Shown here in pieces: positions 18,521 to 26,180 of a DNA stretch of 64,000 bases (within the stretch, counting starts at the first letter, position 1; each line of letters starts with the position of its first letter). The DNA lies in contig JAZDKJ010000006.1 of NCBI GenBank assembly GCA_043803105.1, forward strand, positions 224,001 to 288,000, read 5' to 3'. The notes beneath the pieces are model-generated. The model ran no database searches and was not told where the DNA came from. It worked only from the letters and a program-made list of their open reading frames with translations. A program made the translations under genes and the position numbers. The stretch is from Candidatus Woesearchaeota archaeon. GTDB lineage: Archaea > Nanobdellota > Nanobdellia > Woesearchaeales > JAZDKJ01.

Positions 18521-19186
18521 CTATATTTTTGGTTTTCCTGTTGCTATTATTTTGTTGATTCTAAATCCTGTGGTTGCTGCTGCGTCAAATTCTACTTGGA
18601 CTTGGAGGGTTATTGTGTTTTGGTTTACTCCGTAGTAGAATTTGTCGCATGTGATGTTGCTGTAATATGTTTTTGTTACTTTTACCCAGTTTGCTGTTAC
18701 GAATCTTGAGAAGTTTGTTGATAGGGTGCATCCGGGTAGTGTGTTTGTTGTTCCGGTCCCGTTTTGTAGTTTGTATGATATTTTTGCGTTTGCTCCTCCT
18801 ATGAATGCTGAGCTGTTTTTGAATGTGATGTTTAGTGAGCAGTTGTTGTTTCCGATGTTTTTTATTTGTAGTGGTGCGCAGTTTGTTGTTGTGAAGCCTG
18901 ATGAGCATCCGCTTGCGTTTATGTATGGGCTGGTGTTCAGTTTGCAGGTCTTTCTTGCGTAGCCTGATCCCCAGCTGCATCTTGATTGTGAGAAGTTGAT
19001 CCAGTTAATGTCGTTGATTGTAAATGAGACGTTGCCTCCGGTTTCGTTTGTTACTGCATAGCCTATTATGGCTAAGTGGCCTTCGCCAGTGATTCGGTTT
19101 ATGCTCAGTAATGTGCCCATTACAGTCACAAAGAGCGCAACCACTGCAATGGATGCCAGAACTTTGTTGGACACGTTATTATACAT
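18521..19186 (-). CDS. Pilin-like surface subunit A1
   Basis: VSNKVL leader, TM, GYA motif; paralog of A2 and A3. Confidence 0.8.
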   Translation of the reverse strand: MYNNVSNKVLASIAVVALFVTVMGTLLSINRITGEGHLAIIGYAVTNETGGNVSFTINDINWINFSQSRCSWGSGYARKTCKLNTSPYINASGCSSGFTTTNCAPLQIKNIGNNNCSLNITFKNSSAFIGGANAKISYKLQNGTGTTNTLPGCTLSTNFSRFVTANWVKVTKTYYSNITCDKFYYGVNQNTITLQVQVEFDAAATTGFRINKIIATGKPKI

Positions 19187-19330
19187 ATAATGGACCCTGT
19201 ATACCCAATCTTGACATCCTCGGGAGTCTCTTTATATAAATTTTTCTACCTGCGTGTAACAATCAACCTCCACGAACAGCCTGAAACAGTCTCGCAAACA
19301 TTTATTAAATAACGCTTCTTAGTCCTTTCC

Positions 19331-19594
19331 GTGGCCACTCGAGTCAATCGCAAAAACCCTCATTATGTCTTGTTCACTTATTCGATTGATAAACTAAGGC
19401 AGAAGGATAAGGTGTTGTTTTACTATGCGCTTAAGGGCCGCAAAGGTCATTCTGGAATATTGGCAGATGATACAATAGTCCAGCTCGGGAGGACTGTAGT
19501 ACTTGTGCCGAAAAGCAAAGAACTGAAGTTTTCAAGATTCTTGAGGCAATGGAAATGTCTTTTTGACAAGCGCTACCTTGTTTTGGAGAAATAG
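19331..19594 (+). CDS. Small basic protein, possible Cas2/VapD-like ferredoxin fold
   Basis: YVLFTYSI..L...KVLFYYALKGR..G..QLGRTVVLVP pattern; TATA-like TTTATTAA upstream. Confidence 0.55.
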   Translation: MATRVNRKNPHYVLFTYSIDKLRQKDKVLFYYALKGRKGHSGILADDTIVQLGRTVVLVPKSKELKFSRFLRQWKCLFDKRYLVLEK

Positions 19595-19637
19595 TAAAAA
19601 CAAAAAGTTATTTAAGATGATAGTGCTGCGGTAGAAT

Positions 19638-20249
19638 ATGTTCAAGTTGCTGGCTTCAATTCCGTTTGTTGCACTTGGAGTCTTTCTGCTCTTCCTCTTG
19701 TTTTGGAAATTTGTTTTCCTTCGTGACCCTGAACGAATTGTTCCAAAGGGCAAGGTCATTGTATCTCCAGCTGATGGAAAGGTGATAAGTGTTTTGCACT
19801 GGAAAAAAGCAAACCTAAAGCTCACCAAAGGTCTTGGCGCATTGTCAGTTTTGTGCTCTGATGTGTCGCCAGGCTGTCTTGTTGTCTCAATTTTTATGTC
19901 TCCCCTTGATGTCCATATTAATAGGATACCTTTCGATGGCAAGGTTCTAAAAGTTAGCCATAAGCCAGGCTCGTTCCGCAGCGCAAACAAGCTTGCCCTT
20001 GAGAATGAGAAGAATGAGGTACTGTTAAACACAGAGTTCGGCAGGATTAAGGTTGTCCAGGTTGCTGGCTTCTTGGCAAGGCGCATTGAATGTTGGGTTT
20101 CTGCTGGCGACATCGTAAAAAAGGGCAGTCGCTTTGGCCGCATAAACCTTGGTAGCCAGGTAGTCTTGGTCTTGCCAGACAACCTTAAGGTAAAGGTTAG
20201 ACCTAAGGACCAGGTCAAGGCTGGAGAGACCATAATAGCAACAAAATGA
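19638..20249 (+). CDS. psd: Phosphatidylserine/archaetidylserine decarboxylase
   Basis: FLRDPER, SPADGKV, IFMSPLDVHINR, LGSQV pyruvoyl cleavage site. Confidence 0.92.
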   Translation: MFKLLASIPFVALGVFLLFLLFWKFVFLRDPERIVPKGKVIVSPADGKVISVLHWKKANLKLTKGLGALSVLCSDVSPGCLVVSIFMSPLDVHINRIPFDGKVLKVSHKPGSFRSANKLALENEKNEVLLNTEFGRIKVVQVAGFLARRIECWVSAGDIVKKGSRFGRINLGSQVVLVLPDNLKVKVRPKDQVKAGETIIATK

Positions 20250-20758
20250 GCATCCTAAAACTAATCAAGCTCGCTGATGTGTTTACTGCTGCAAATCTAG
20301 TCTGCGGTTTGCTTGCAATGATATTCTCAATCAACAGCTTGTTCTTTGTTGCTTCCATCTTCTTGTTCTCTTCAGTATTTTTCGACTTTCTCGACGGCAG
20401 GATTGCGTACTTGCTCAAGGAGCAGAACAATTTTGGCAAGGAGCTTGATTCACTTAGCGATATTGTTTCATTTGGCGTTGCACCTGCAATCTTCTTTTAT
20501 TGCCTAAGCTCCAGAAGTACTGTTGTTGTTCTCTCCATTGTATTTTTTGTTGTGTGTGGGATGCTTCGGCTTGCCAGATACAATATTACCAAGACAAAAG
20601 ACTTTGTCGGAGTGCCAATCACTGTCAACGGTGTTCTATTTCCTGTGTTATATCTTTTGGCAGTCCAGGTGCCCATAATCCTCACCGCTATCCCATTTGT
20701 TTGCTTGGTTATGGGTTTTCTTATGGTTTCAAACATTACTGTTCGGCGGGTGTTCTGA
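20246..20758 (+). CDS. pssA: CDP-alcohol:serine phosphatidyltransferase (archaetidylserine synthase)
   Basis: DFLDGRIA..FGKELDSLSDIVSFGVAP, LRLARYN. Confidence 0.9.
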   Translation: MSILKLIKLADVFTAANLVCGLLAMIFSINSLFFVASIFLFSSVFFDFLDGRIAYLLKEQNNFGKELDSLSDIVSFGVAPAIFFYCLSSRSTVVVLSIVFFVVCGMLRLARYNITKTKDFVGVPITVNGVLFPVLYLLAVQVPIILTAIPFVCLVMGFLMVSNITVRRVF

Positions 20759-20759
20759 T

Positions 20760-21287
20760 TTGGCCATTGTCCAGCTTCTGGCCAAGACAACCTATTTCAT
20801 GCTGCCAGCTATCATAGCCAACATCACCCCTGTTTTTTTCAGGAGGTTGCATTTTTTGGACTATCCGATTGATTTCAACTTGACTTTTAAGGGCAAGCCA
20901 CTTCTTGGAAAGAACAAGACCTTTAGAGGCATGTTTTTTGGCACTTTGGCAGCAATCCTGGTTGCTTATTTGCAATATCTATTTTCGAACAGTTGGCTAT
21001 TGACAGACTATTCACATTGGTTTGTTATTGGATTTCTTCTTGGCTTTGGAGCATTGACTGGAGATTTTGTCGAGAGTTTTTTTAAGAGGCGCCTTGGCAT
21101 TAAGCCAGGGAGAAGGTTTTTTCCTTGGGACCAGATTGATTTTGTTGTTGGTTCTCTTTTGTTTGTTTCCCTCTCTTTTGTTCCGACCTGGCCAGTTATG
21201 CTTTCAGCTTTGATAATAATTCCTTTGGGCACAATTGTCGTGGCTCATTTGGGATACTATCTTCACCTGAGGGCTGAGCGCTGGTAA
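20760..21287 (+). CDS. carS: CDP-archaeol synthase (DUF46)
   Basis: LPAIIAN, PID, GKNKTFRG, GDFVESFFKRRLG, PWDQIDF; probable TTG start. Confidence 0.88.
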   Translation: MAIVQLLAKTTYFMLPAIIANITPVFFRRLHFLDYPIDFNLTFKGKPLLGKNKTFRGMFFGTLAAILVAYLQYLFSNSWLLTDYSHWFVIGFLLGFGALTGDFVESFFKRRLGIKPGRRFFPWDQIDFVVGSLLFVSLSFVPTWPVMLSALIIIPLGTIVVAHLGYYLHLRAERW

Positions 21288-21345
21288 CTGCCTTCTGAGC
21301 TTGGTAGAAAATTTTATAACCTACTCTCTGTTCTTCCTGGCTTGC

Positions 21346-21467
21346 GGGCCCGTAGCTTAGTCTGGTGGAGCGCTGGTCTTATATGTCCACGTTCTAAGTG
21401 AACCAGTGGTCTGGGGTTCAAAGAGCTCTCCCTTTTTTGGAAGACCTAGAAAATCCCCGCGGGCCCA
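21346..21467 (+). tRNA. tRNA-Ile(UAU) with introns at 37/38 (21384-21400) and 59/60 (21423-21453)
   Basis: GGGCCCG/CGGGCCC acceptor stem, CTGGT/ACCAG anticodon stem, BHB core CTTA/TAAG, T-arm TGGGGTTCAAA[..]TCCCCG. Confidence 0.9.
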
Positions 21468-21502
21468 TATCTTTTCAAAATGAGAAGAACTCTTTTCACA
21501 CA

Positions 21503-21913
21503 ATGCTCTCCACCATAGAACAGCCAGGAATTTGTATTGGTCGTTACAATTTCAACAAACACAATCAACTGTATTGCTGCTTTTCAGATAATTCGCTTTT
21601 TGTGGTTCAATTCTTTGGTCCTTTCTCTTGGTTACAGTCAAAGCTTTGCAGTCTTGAGAATGTGGTTCATGAGTTCAAACTTCGCCGAAGTTTGGGTTCG
21701 ACTGAGGCTAGATATATCGCCCTTGACTTTGTCGACAACTATTCCGTGCTGAAGGAACATGAATCTCTTCATCTCCAGCATAATCTGTGCCGGGTGGATG
21801 CATGGCTCAGGATGACAACCTCTGGTCTTACAGTCCAACAGTTTCTTGCATTGAGGAGTCCTTATGCTCGACAATATGAGCATAAGCTGCAGCTAAGTGC
21901 TACAAAGACTTAG
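21503..21913 (+). CDS. Hypothetical protein
   Basis: First ATG after the tRNA; fills the gap up to the convergent gene. Confidence 0.45.
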   Translation: MLSTIEQPGICIGRYNFNKHNQLYCCFSDNSLFVVQFFGPFSWLQSKLCSLENVVHEFKLRRSLGSTEARYIALDFVDNYSVLKEHESLHLQHNLCRVDAWLRMTTSGLTVQQFLALRSPYARQYEHKLQLSATKT

Positions 21914-21914
21914 T

Positions 21915-22469
21915 TCATTCGTTTTTTGTGCGCGGACCATGTTCATATAGCGCTACAAAAACCTCTTTAGGCACCTGAATCCCTGCTGCAACTAGCGCCT
22001 TTGCAAGTTCAAGCCCAGGCACCCTCTCTCCATAATCATCATCAGGTTTTGGCTGCGATAACTCTTGAAGTCTTCTCAAGGTGTAATTGCATAGGAATCC
22101 TTCATTCATGGCTATTACTTTGGTGTCAGTTCCGCTTTGATCTCTTATCTCTGAAGCAACAAAGTCTACTGCCAAGCCTTTAAGATTGTGCTGTGCAAGT
22201 TCCCAATCTATCAGGTCCTTAATTATCGTCGAGAAAGGCCTTTGAAGATATTCCTCCTTGTTGGTTGTCTTAACATGCTCGAAGAATTCAACCGATGTCT
22301 TTTCATTTCTTGTCACCTTGCCAAGGTACTGTTTCACCTTCTGTTTTGCCTGTCTCCTTTCGCTGTTCCATGAATTCTCTACAAGATAGGCAAATTCACA
22401 CTCTGCGCCGTCACCTTTTTTTCTCTTCTTTACTCGAATGAATGTCATCTCTGCACCTCTTTTGGGCAC
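21915..22469 (-). CDS. Hypothetical protein with IS1634-like N-terminal motif
   Basis: FIRVKKRK..AYLVENSW..KQKVKQYLG; no DDE domain. Confidence 0.65.
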   Translation of the reverse strand: MPKRGAEMTFIRVKKRKKGDGAECEFAYLVENSWNSERRQAKQKVKQYLGKVTRNEKTSVEFFEHVKTTNKEEYLQRPFSTIIKDLIDWELAQHNLKGLAVDFVASEIRDQSGTDTKVIAMNEGFLCNYTLRRLQELSQPKPDDDYGERVPGLELAKALVAAGIQVPKEVFVALYEHGPRTKNE

Positions 22470-22478
22470 TAGGGGTAT

Positions 22479-23045
22479 TTATTTCTTTTGCTCTGAGAAT
22501 ATTTCTGCTTGAAACGAGTATAGCTTGTTGTTCATATCCTTCCACGCATCCTTGCTTAGTCCTGCTTTTATGCATGTATGTTCAAGAAATTCTTTAGGTT
22601 GCCATTTGTATTCTTCTGCCACTTGAGGCAAGAGCAGTCCTGAGCCATATGATCCTCTTATTATTAGACCATCCTGTCCTATCCTTACTTTTGTGAGGTA
22701 TTCTTCTGGCTTCTTGACTATTATCTGTTTAGGCTTTGTGAGTACGCTGACCTCAAATCTGCAATCCTTGAACTCTTCCTCAGACAATTGTGGAAATCTT
22801 GGGTCTTCAAATGCTGCTGCCTGGCTCGCTTGCGCTATTGCCTTGTATAAAGGCATTACAGGTTCTGGGAATCCGATGCATCCACGCAATTCTCCATTCA
22901 TATACAGGGTAACAAAGCAGCCCTGGTTGTCGCAGAACTTTTTTCGGCAGTATTCATCAATGCGCACTTCCCTGTGCTCAAATACGCTTTTTACTGAGTC
23001 TTTAGCCAATTGCAGAAGTTTAATCCCCTCTTCTGAAGAAATCAT
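22479..23045 (-). CDS. AMMECR1 domain protein
   Basis: GCFVTL..LRGCIG, AAFEDPRF, GLLLPQV, CIKAGL. Confidence 0.92.
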   Translation of the reverse strand: MISSEEGIKLLQLAKDSVKSVFEHREVRIDEYCRKKFCDNQGCFVTLYMNGELRGCIGFPEPVMPLYKAIAQASQAAAFEDPRFPQLSEEEFKDCRFEVSVLTKPKQIIVKKPEEYLTKVRIGQDGLIIRGSYGSGLLLPQVAEEYKWQPKEFLEHTCIKAGLSKDAWKDMNNKLYSFQAEIFSEQKK

Positions 23046-23329
23046 TTTAATTCTTTGCTTATCTTTTCCTTAAATGACTCATTAACCTTCTTTAGTCTTT
23101 TTATTGCCTCAGTTAATGCTTTTTTTGGGGCTTCTGTACTGTCTGTCTCTATTGTCATGGTTGGAATTCCAACAAGCGGATGTTTCAAATTATACCCGCT
23201 GATCTTCACATGAGGGTCGTTCCATAGCTCTTGTTTGATGCTGTTGCACACTGTGTGGTCTGCTCCTTCCAGCTCAACCACAAGCCTTGTCTTTTTGTCC
23301 TCAAGAATCCTTACCTCAACCATAGGCAA
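23042..23329 (-). CDS. rpoL: DNA-directed RNA polymerase subunit L (Rpo11)
   Basis: EGADHTVCN, SGYNLKHPL. Confidence 0.9.
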   Translation of the reverse strand: MPMVEVRILEDKKTRLVVELEGADHTVCNSIKQELWNDPHVKISGYNLKHPLVGIPTMTIETDSTEAPKKALTEAIKRLKKVNESFKEKISKELK

Positions 23330-23487
23330 CCCGAAACAGTGCCATATTTAAAAAGTTTTGGTTTTTAAAAAGCACTCAGCGAACTCTCACTTTTTGCCAT
23401 TTACACCTATTTTTATAGTGCCCACAATACCATTTACATCCTTCATTACAAAAAGCCACAATTCAGCCCCTTTTGCACCTTTTCTTA

Positions 23488-23580
23488 TAGCGAATCTCAT
23501 TAATTATTGAACAATTGTGAGATTCGCTAGAATAGCAAATTGCATGCCAAAAAGTTCCATTATTTATACGATTTGCTATT
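23488..23580. repeat. Two adjacent inverted repeats (12-bp and 10-bp arms)
   Basis: TAGCGAATCTCA/TGAGATTCGCTA (23488-23529) and AATAGCAAAT/ATTTGCTATT (23531-23580). Confidence 0.7.
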
Positions 23581-24199
23581 AGACAGTCCTTGAGAACCTA
23601 TAAGCGCTGACTTTTATCCTCAAAATTCGCCTTTTGTGGTACTTCTGCGTCATTTTAAGGGGAAATTCAAAGTCCAGCCTGTTTGTTATTCTAAACCCAT
23701 GTTCCGCAGCCAATCCTTCAGCAAAGCGTGTGCTCTCGCTTTTGTGAAACGAATAAACGATTGGTGCAATCTGGAAAGCCTTCAGGAGAAACTCCCTGTC
23801 CGCATGCTTCACCTTTGTTCCAAATGGAGGATTTTGTATTACTACCTCAACCTCTTTATTAAACGAATCAATGCCTTGATGAAGGATTTCAAATCTGTTT
23901 TCCAATCCTACGCTGTCTATGTTTTCCTTTGCCACTTGAATTGCTTGAAGGTCTCTTTCAATCATGTAAACTTTTTTTGCACCAAGGATTGATGCGCCGA
24001 TTCCAAGTAATCCCGTGCCGCTTCCAAGGTCTGCAATAATCTTTCCCTCAATATCTCCTTTCAGATATGCCTGCCACAGCACCTCTGCAGCTACTTCAGG
24101 ATCAGTTGTATACTGCTCGCTTTGTGCCTCAGGTTTTTCAAAATCCCTAAGCTTGCTTAGCACTATTGCTAAACCAGATTTTGTTATTCTTTCCTGCAT
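23579..24199 (-). CDS. METTL5-family RNA m6A methyltransferase
   Basis: EQYTT, DLGSGTG, NPPFG. Confidence 0.9.
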   Translation of the reverse strand: MQERITKSGLAIVLSKLRDFEKPEAQSEQYTTDPEVAAEVLWQAYLKGDIEGKIIADLGSGTGLLGIGASILGAKKVYMIERDLQAIQVAKENIDSVGLENRFEILHQGIDSFNKEVEVVIQNPPFGTKVKHADREFLLKAFQIAPIVYSFHKSESTRFAEGLAAEHGFRITNRLDFEFPLKMTQKYHKRRILRIKVSAYRFSRTV

Positions 24200-24296
24200 C
24201 TGTTTGTTGTCCCATTTATTTCTTTAATAATCTTGCTCTTTTGATTTGCATCAAACTTTTTTTCTTTTTTGCAGAAAAAACCGTAAAATTTCCGGT

Positions 24297-24419
24297 AGTC
24301 CCAGCCTAGTCCTGGGACAGTCCCAACATTGTCCCAGGATTGTCCCAGGTTTTGGACATTTCTCGTCTAAATGATTGTCCCAGGATTGTCCCAGGATTGT
24401 CCCAGGATTGTCCCAAAAA
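24297..24419. repeat. Nine phased 11-bp direct repeats (consensus TGTCCCAGGAT) in blocks of 5 and 4
   Basis: Units at 24297, 24308, 24319, 24330, 24341, 24376, 24387, 24398, 24409; T/A-rich tract at about 24215-24290. Confidence 0.95.
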
Positions 24420-24438
24420 GCTTAAATAATGCCTTGAT

Positions 24439-25110
24439 TTGGGTGTTTTCATGGCAGTTTTTTTTGCATCCAAGAAAGATGATAAGTTTGCCACGCTCCA
24501 TCATCGCCTGACAAATTCCTTTGCTTACGTTAGGAACGATATCTCTGCCCTTAGGCGAAATGAAGAGCTCTATAAGCAATGGATAAGTTATCTTCATCAA
24601 AAACTTCAAGCCCAGGAGCGCGAGATGTCCTCGCTCATGGAACTCTTAAAACAGGTACCGAAAGCACCGCAGGATATCAAGCAGATAATCGATGAGCATT
24701 ACCATTTTGAGGACATCCTGAAAAGGATTGAACAGCTAAATCGGCAGGTTGATGAGGTCCTCGTTAAGCATCAGCCATTAAATAAAAGGCTCGAAGAGCA
24801 TCATCAGCGAATAACAAATCTTGAACAATCAAGGCCTGTTGCACACTTCAAGGAAAAGATGGTTCAAAAGATTACCAGACAGTCAAAGGATTATGTCAAG
24901 GGGCTTATCCTTTCCCTGATAAGAAAATATGATAAAGCCTCAGGCACCCAGCTTAGGGAAATTATTGTTGAAGAACAGGCTTTGTGCTCTAAATCTTCAT
25001 TCTACAGGATACTCTCTGAGCTTGAAGAGTCAAGGCAGGTGAGTGTGATTGAGGACAGCAAAGAGAAATATTATCTGCCCCTGCAACTGCGAAAGCAAGC
25101 TAAGGATTGA
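24439..25110 (+). CDS. Coiled-coil plus C-terminal winged-HTH protein
   Basis: Heptad-rich middle; LREIIVEEQALCSKSSFYRILSELE; start may be ATG at 24451. Confidence 0.75.
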   Translation: MGVFMAVFFASKKDDKFATLHHRLTNSFAYVRNDISALRRNEELYKQWISYLHQKLQAQEREMSSLMELLKQVPKAPQDIKQIIDEHYHFEDILKRIEQLNRQVDEVLVKHQPLNKRLEEHHQRITNLEQSRPVAHFKEKMVQKITRQSKDYVKGLILSLIRKYDKASGTQLREIIVEEQALCSKSSFYRILSELEESRQVSVIEDSKEKYYLPLQLRKQAKD

Positions 25111-25182
25111 GATATAACAGTTTCATAATCGAAATGTATTTAAACCAGTTGTAGTGATTTTTTTAGTGGGGGTGAAGTTGGT

Positions 25183-25713
25183 TTGTTTCAAAAGAGTGTG
25201 GACTTTAGCATTATTGAGGGAAACGTAAGAAATGCCTTCTCTAAGATTAAGGAGGAGTTTTCTGAGCATCTTGAGGCAATTAACGAGAACACCAATGAGA
25301 TCCAGGCCAACTATGAGTACCTCTGTGAGCTTGAGTCAAAGATTGACAAACTTGCTGAGCGCATTGACGAGCTCTGCATGTTCGTTAAGCATCCTAGCGC
25401 TGAAGCCTCAAAGAATGATTATAACATCTCTCCATTGACCAAGAATGAGCAGGAAGTCTTCCAGGCACTGTACGCAATGGTAAATGAGAAAGGTCAGGCT
25501 TCATATCTTGAGATTGGGAGGCGAATTGGTCTACCGGAAACTCTGGTCCAATCCTACATCACCAACCTTATTGAGAAGGGCATTCCTGTACAAAAAAGGT
25601 ATATTGGTAGTGACGTCTGGCTACTGATTGAGCAAAACTTCTGCGAGATCCAAGCCAAGGAAAACATTTTGGGCATCAGCGAAGTGATTAGTGAAAAAGT
25701 TATATTGCAATAG
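25183..25713 (+). CDS. Coiled-coil plus C-terminal winged-HTH protein
   Basis: LTKNEQEVFQAL..SYLEIGRRIGLPETLVQSYITNLIEKGIP; GGGGTGA SD upstream. Confidence 0.8.
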   Translation: MFQKSVDFSIIEGNVRNAFSKIKEEFSEHLEAINENTNEIQANYEYLCELESKIDKLAERIDELCMFVKHPSAEASKNDYNISPLTKNEQEVFQALYAMVNEKGQASYLEIGRRIGLPETLVQSYITNLIEKGIPVQKRYIGSDVWLLIEQNFCEIQAKENILGISEVISEKVILQ

Positions 25714-25874
25714 ATATTTCTTGTTGATGTTTTTAAAATATATACATTACAGTACAATATAAATATGTCATAAAGATTTAGTCATAGACTAAAAGTTTTA
25801 GTAATTAATTTCTATATAGAAAATAATGCCGAAGCCTGCCTTAGTAAACCTTTTTAAAACCATGTTGCATTACG

Positions 25875-26180
25875 ATGCCTATGTATGACATTAGAAATGT
25901 GAATTTCCAGGGCAAACCTCAAGTTCACTTTGTGGGGCTGGAAAGCAAAGTCTCAGACCCTGACCGCGTTAAGATCAACTCTGCCTTCTTGCAAAGGGGT
26001 TATGGACTTGAGTGGGTGCTTGTGGCGCTTCATAGTAAGCCTTCTGAGCTTATGCTTATCGAACGCAAAGAAAGCGAGCATATCCCGAGGGACCCTCACC
26101 ACGACGTTCTCGAGGTCTCAAAGAGACTTGGAATCCCGATGGTCCTTAAAGCTTCGTACGTGGAATTCTATGAGCGCTAA
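25875..26180 (+). CDS. Hypothetical protein
   Basis: ATG after a TATA-like box; convergent overlap with xerA. Confidence 0.5.
   Translation: MPMYDIRNVNFQGKPQVHFVGLESKVSDPDRVKINSAFLQRGYGLEWVLVALHSKPSELMLIERKESEHIPRDPHHDVLEVSKRLGIPMVLKASYVEFYER

Noticed and set aside
16541-19186. Diversity-generating retroelement template/variable repeats
   Set aside because: No reverse transcriptase in the window, and both copies are full coding paralogs rather than a non-coding template
21398-21502. 5' part of tracked ORF 21398..21913
   Set aside because: Overlaps the tRNA-Ile gene
24297-24419. CRISPR array, or the ORFs 24306..24494 and 24367..24609
   Set aside because: Units are 11 bp and abut without spacers, and no cas genes are present; the ORFs are translations of the repeat
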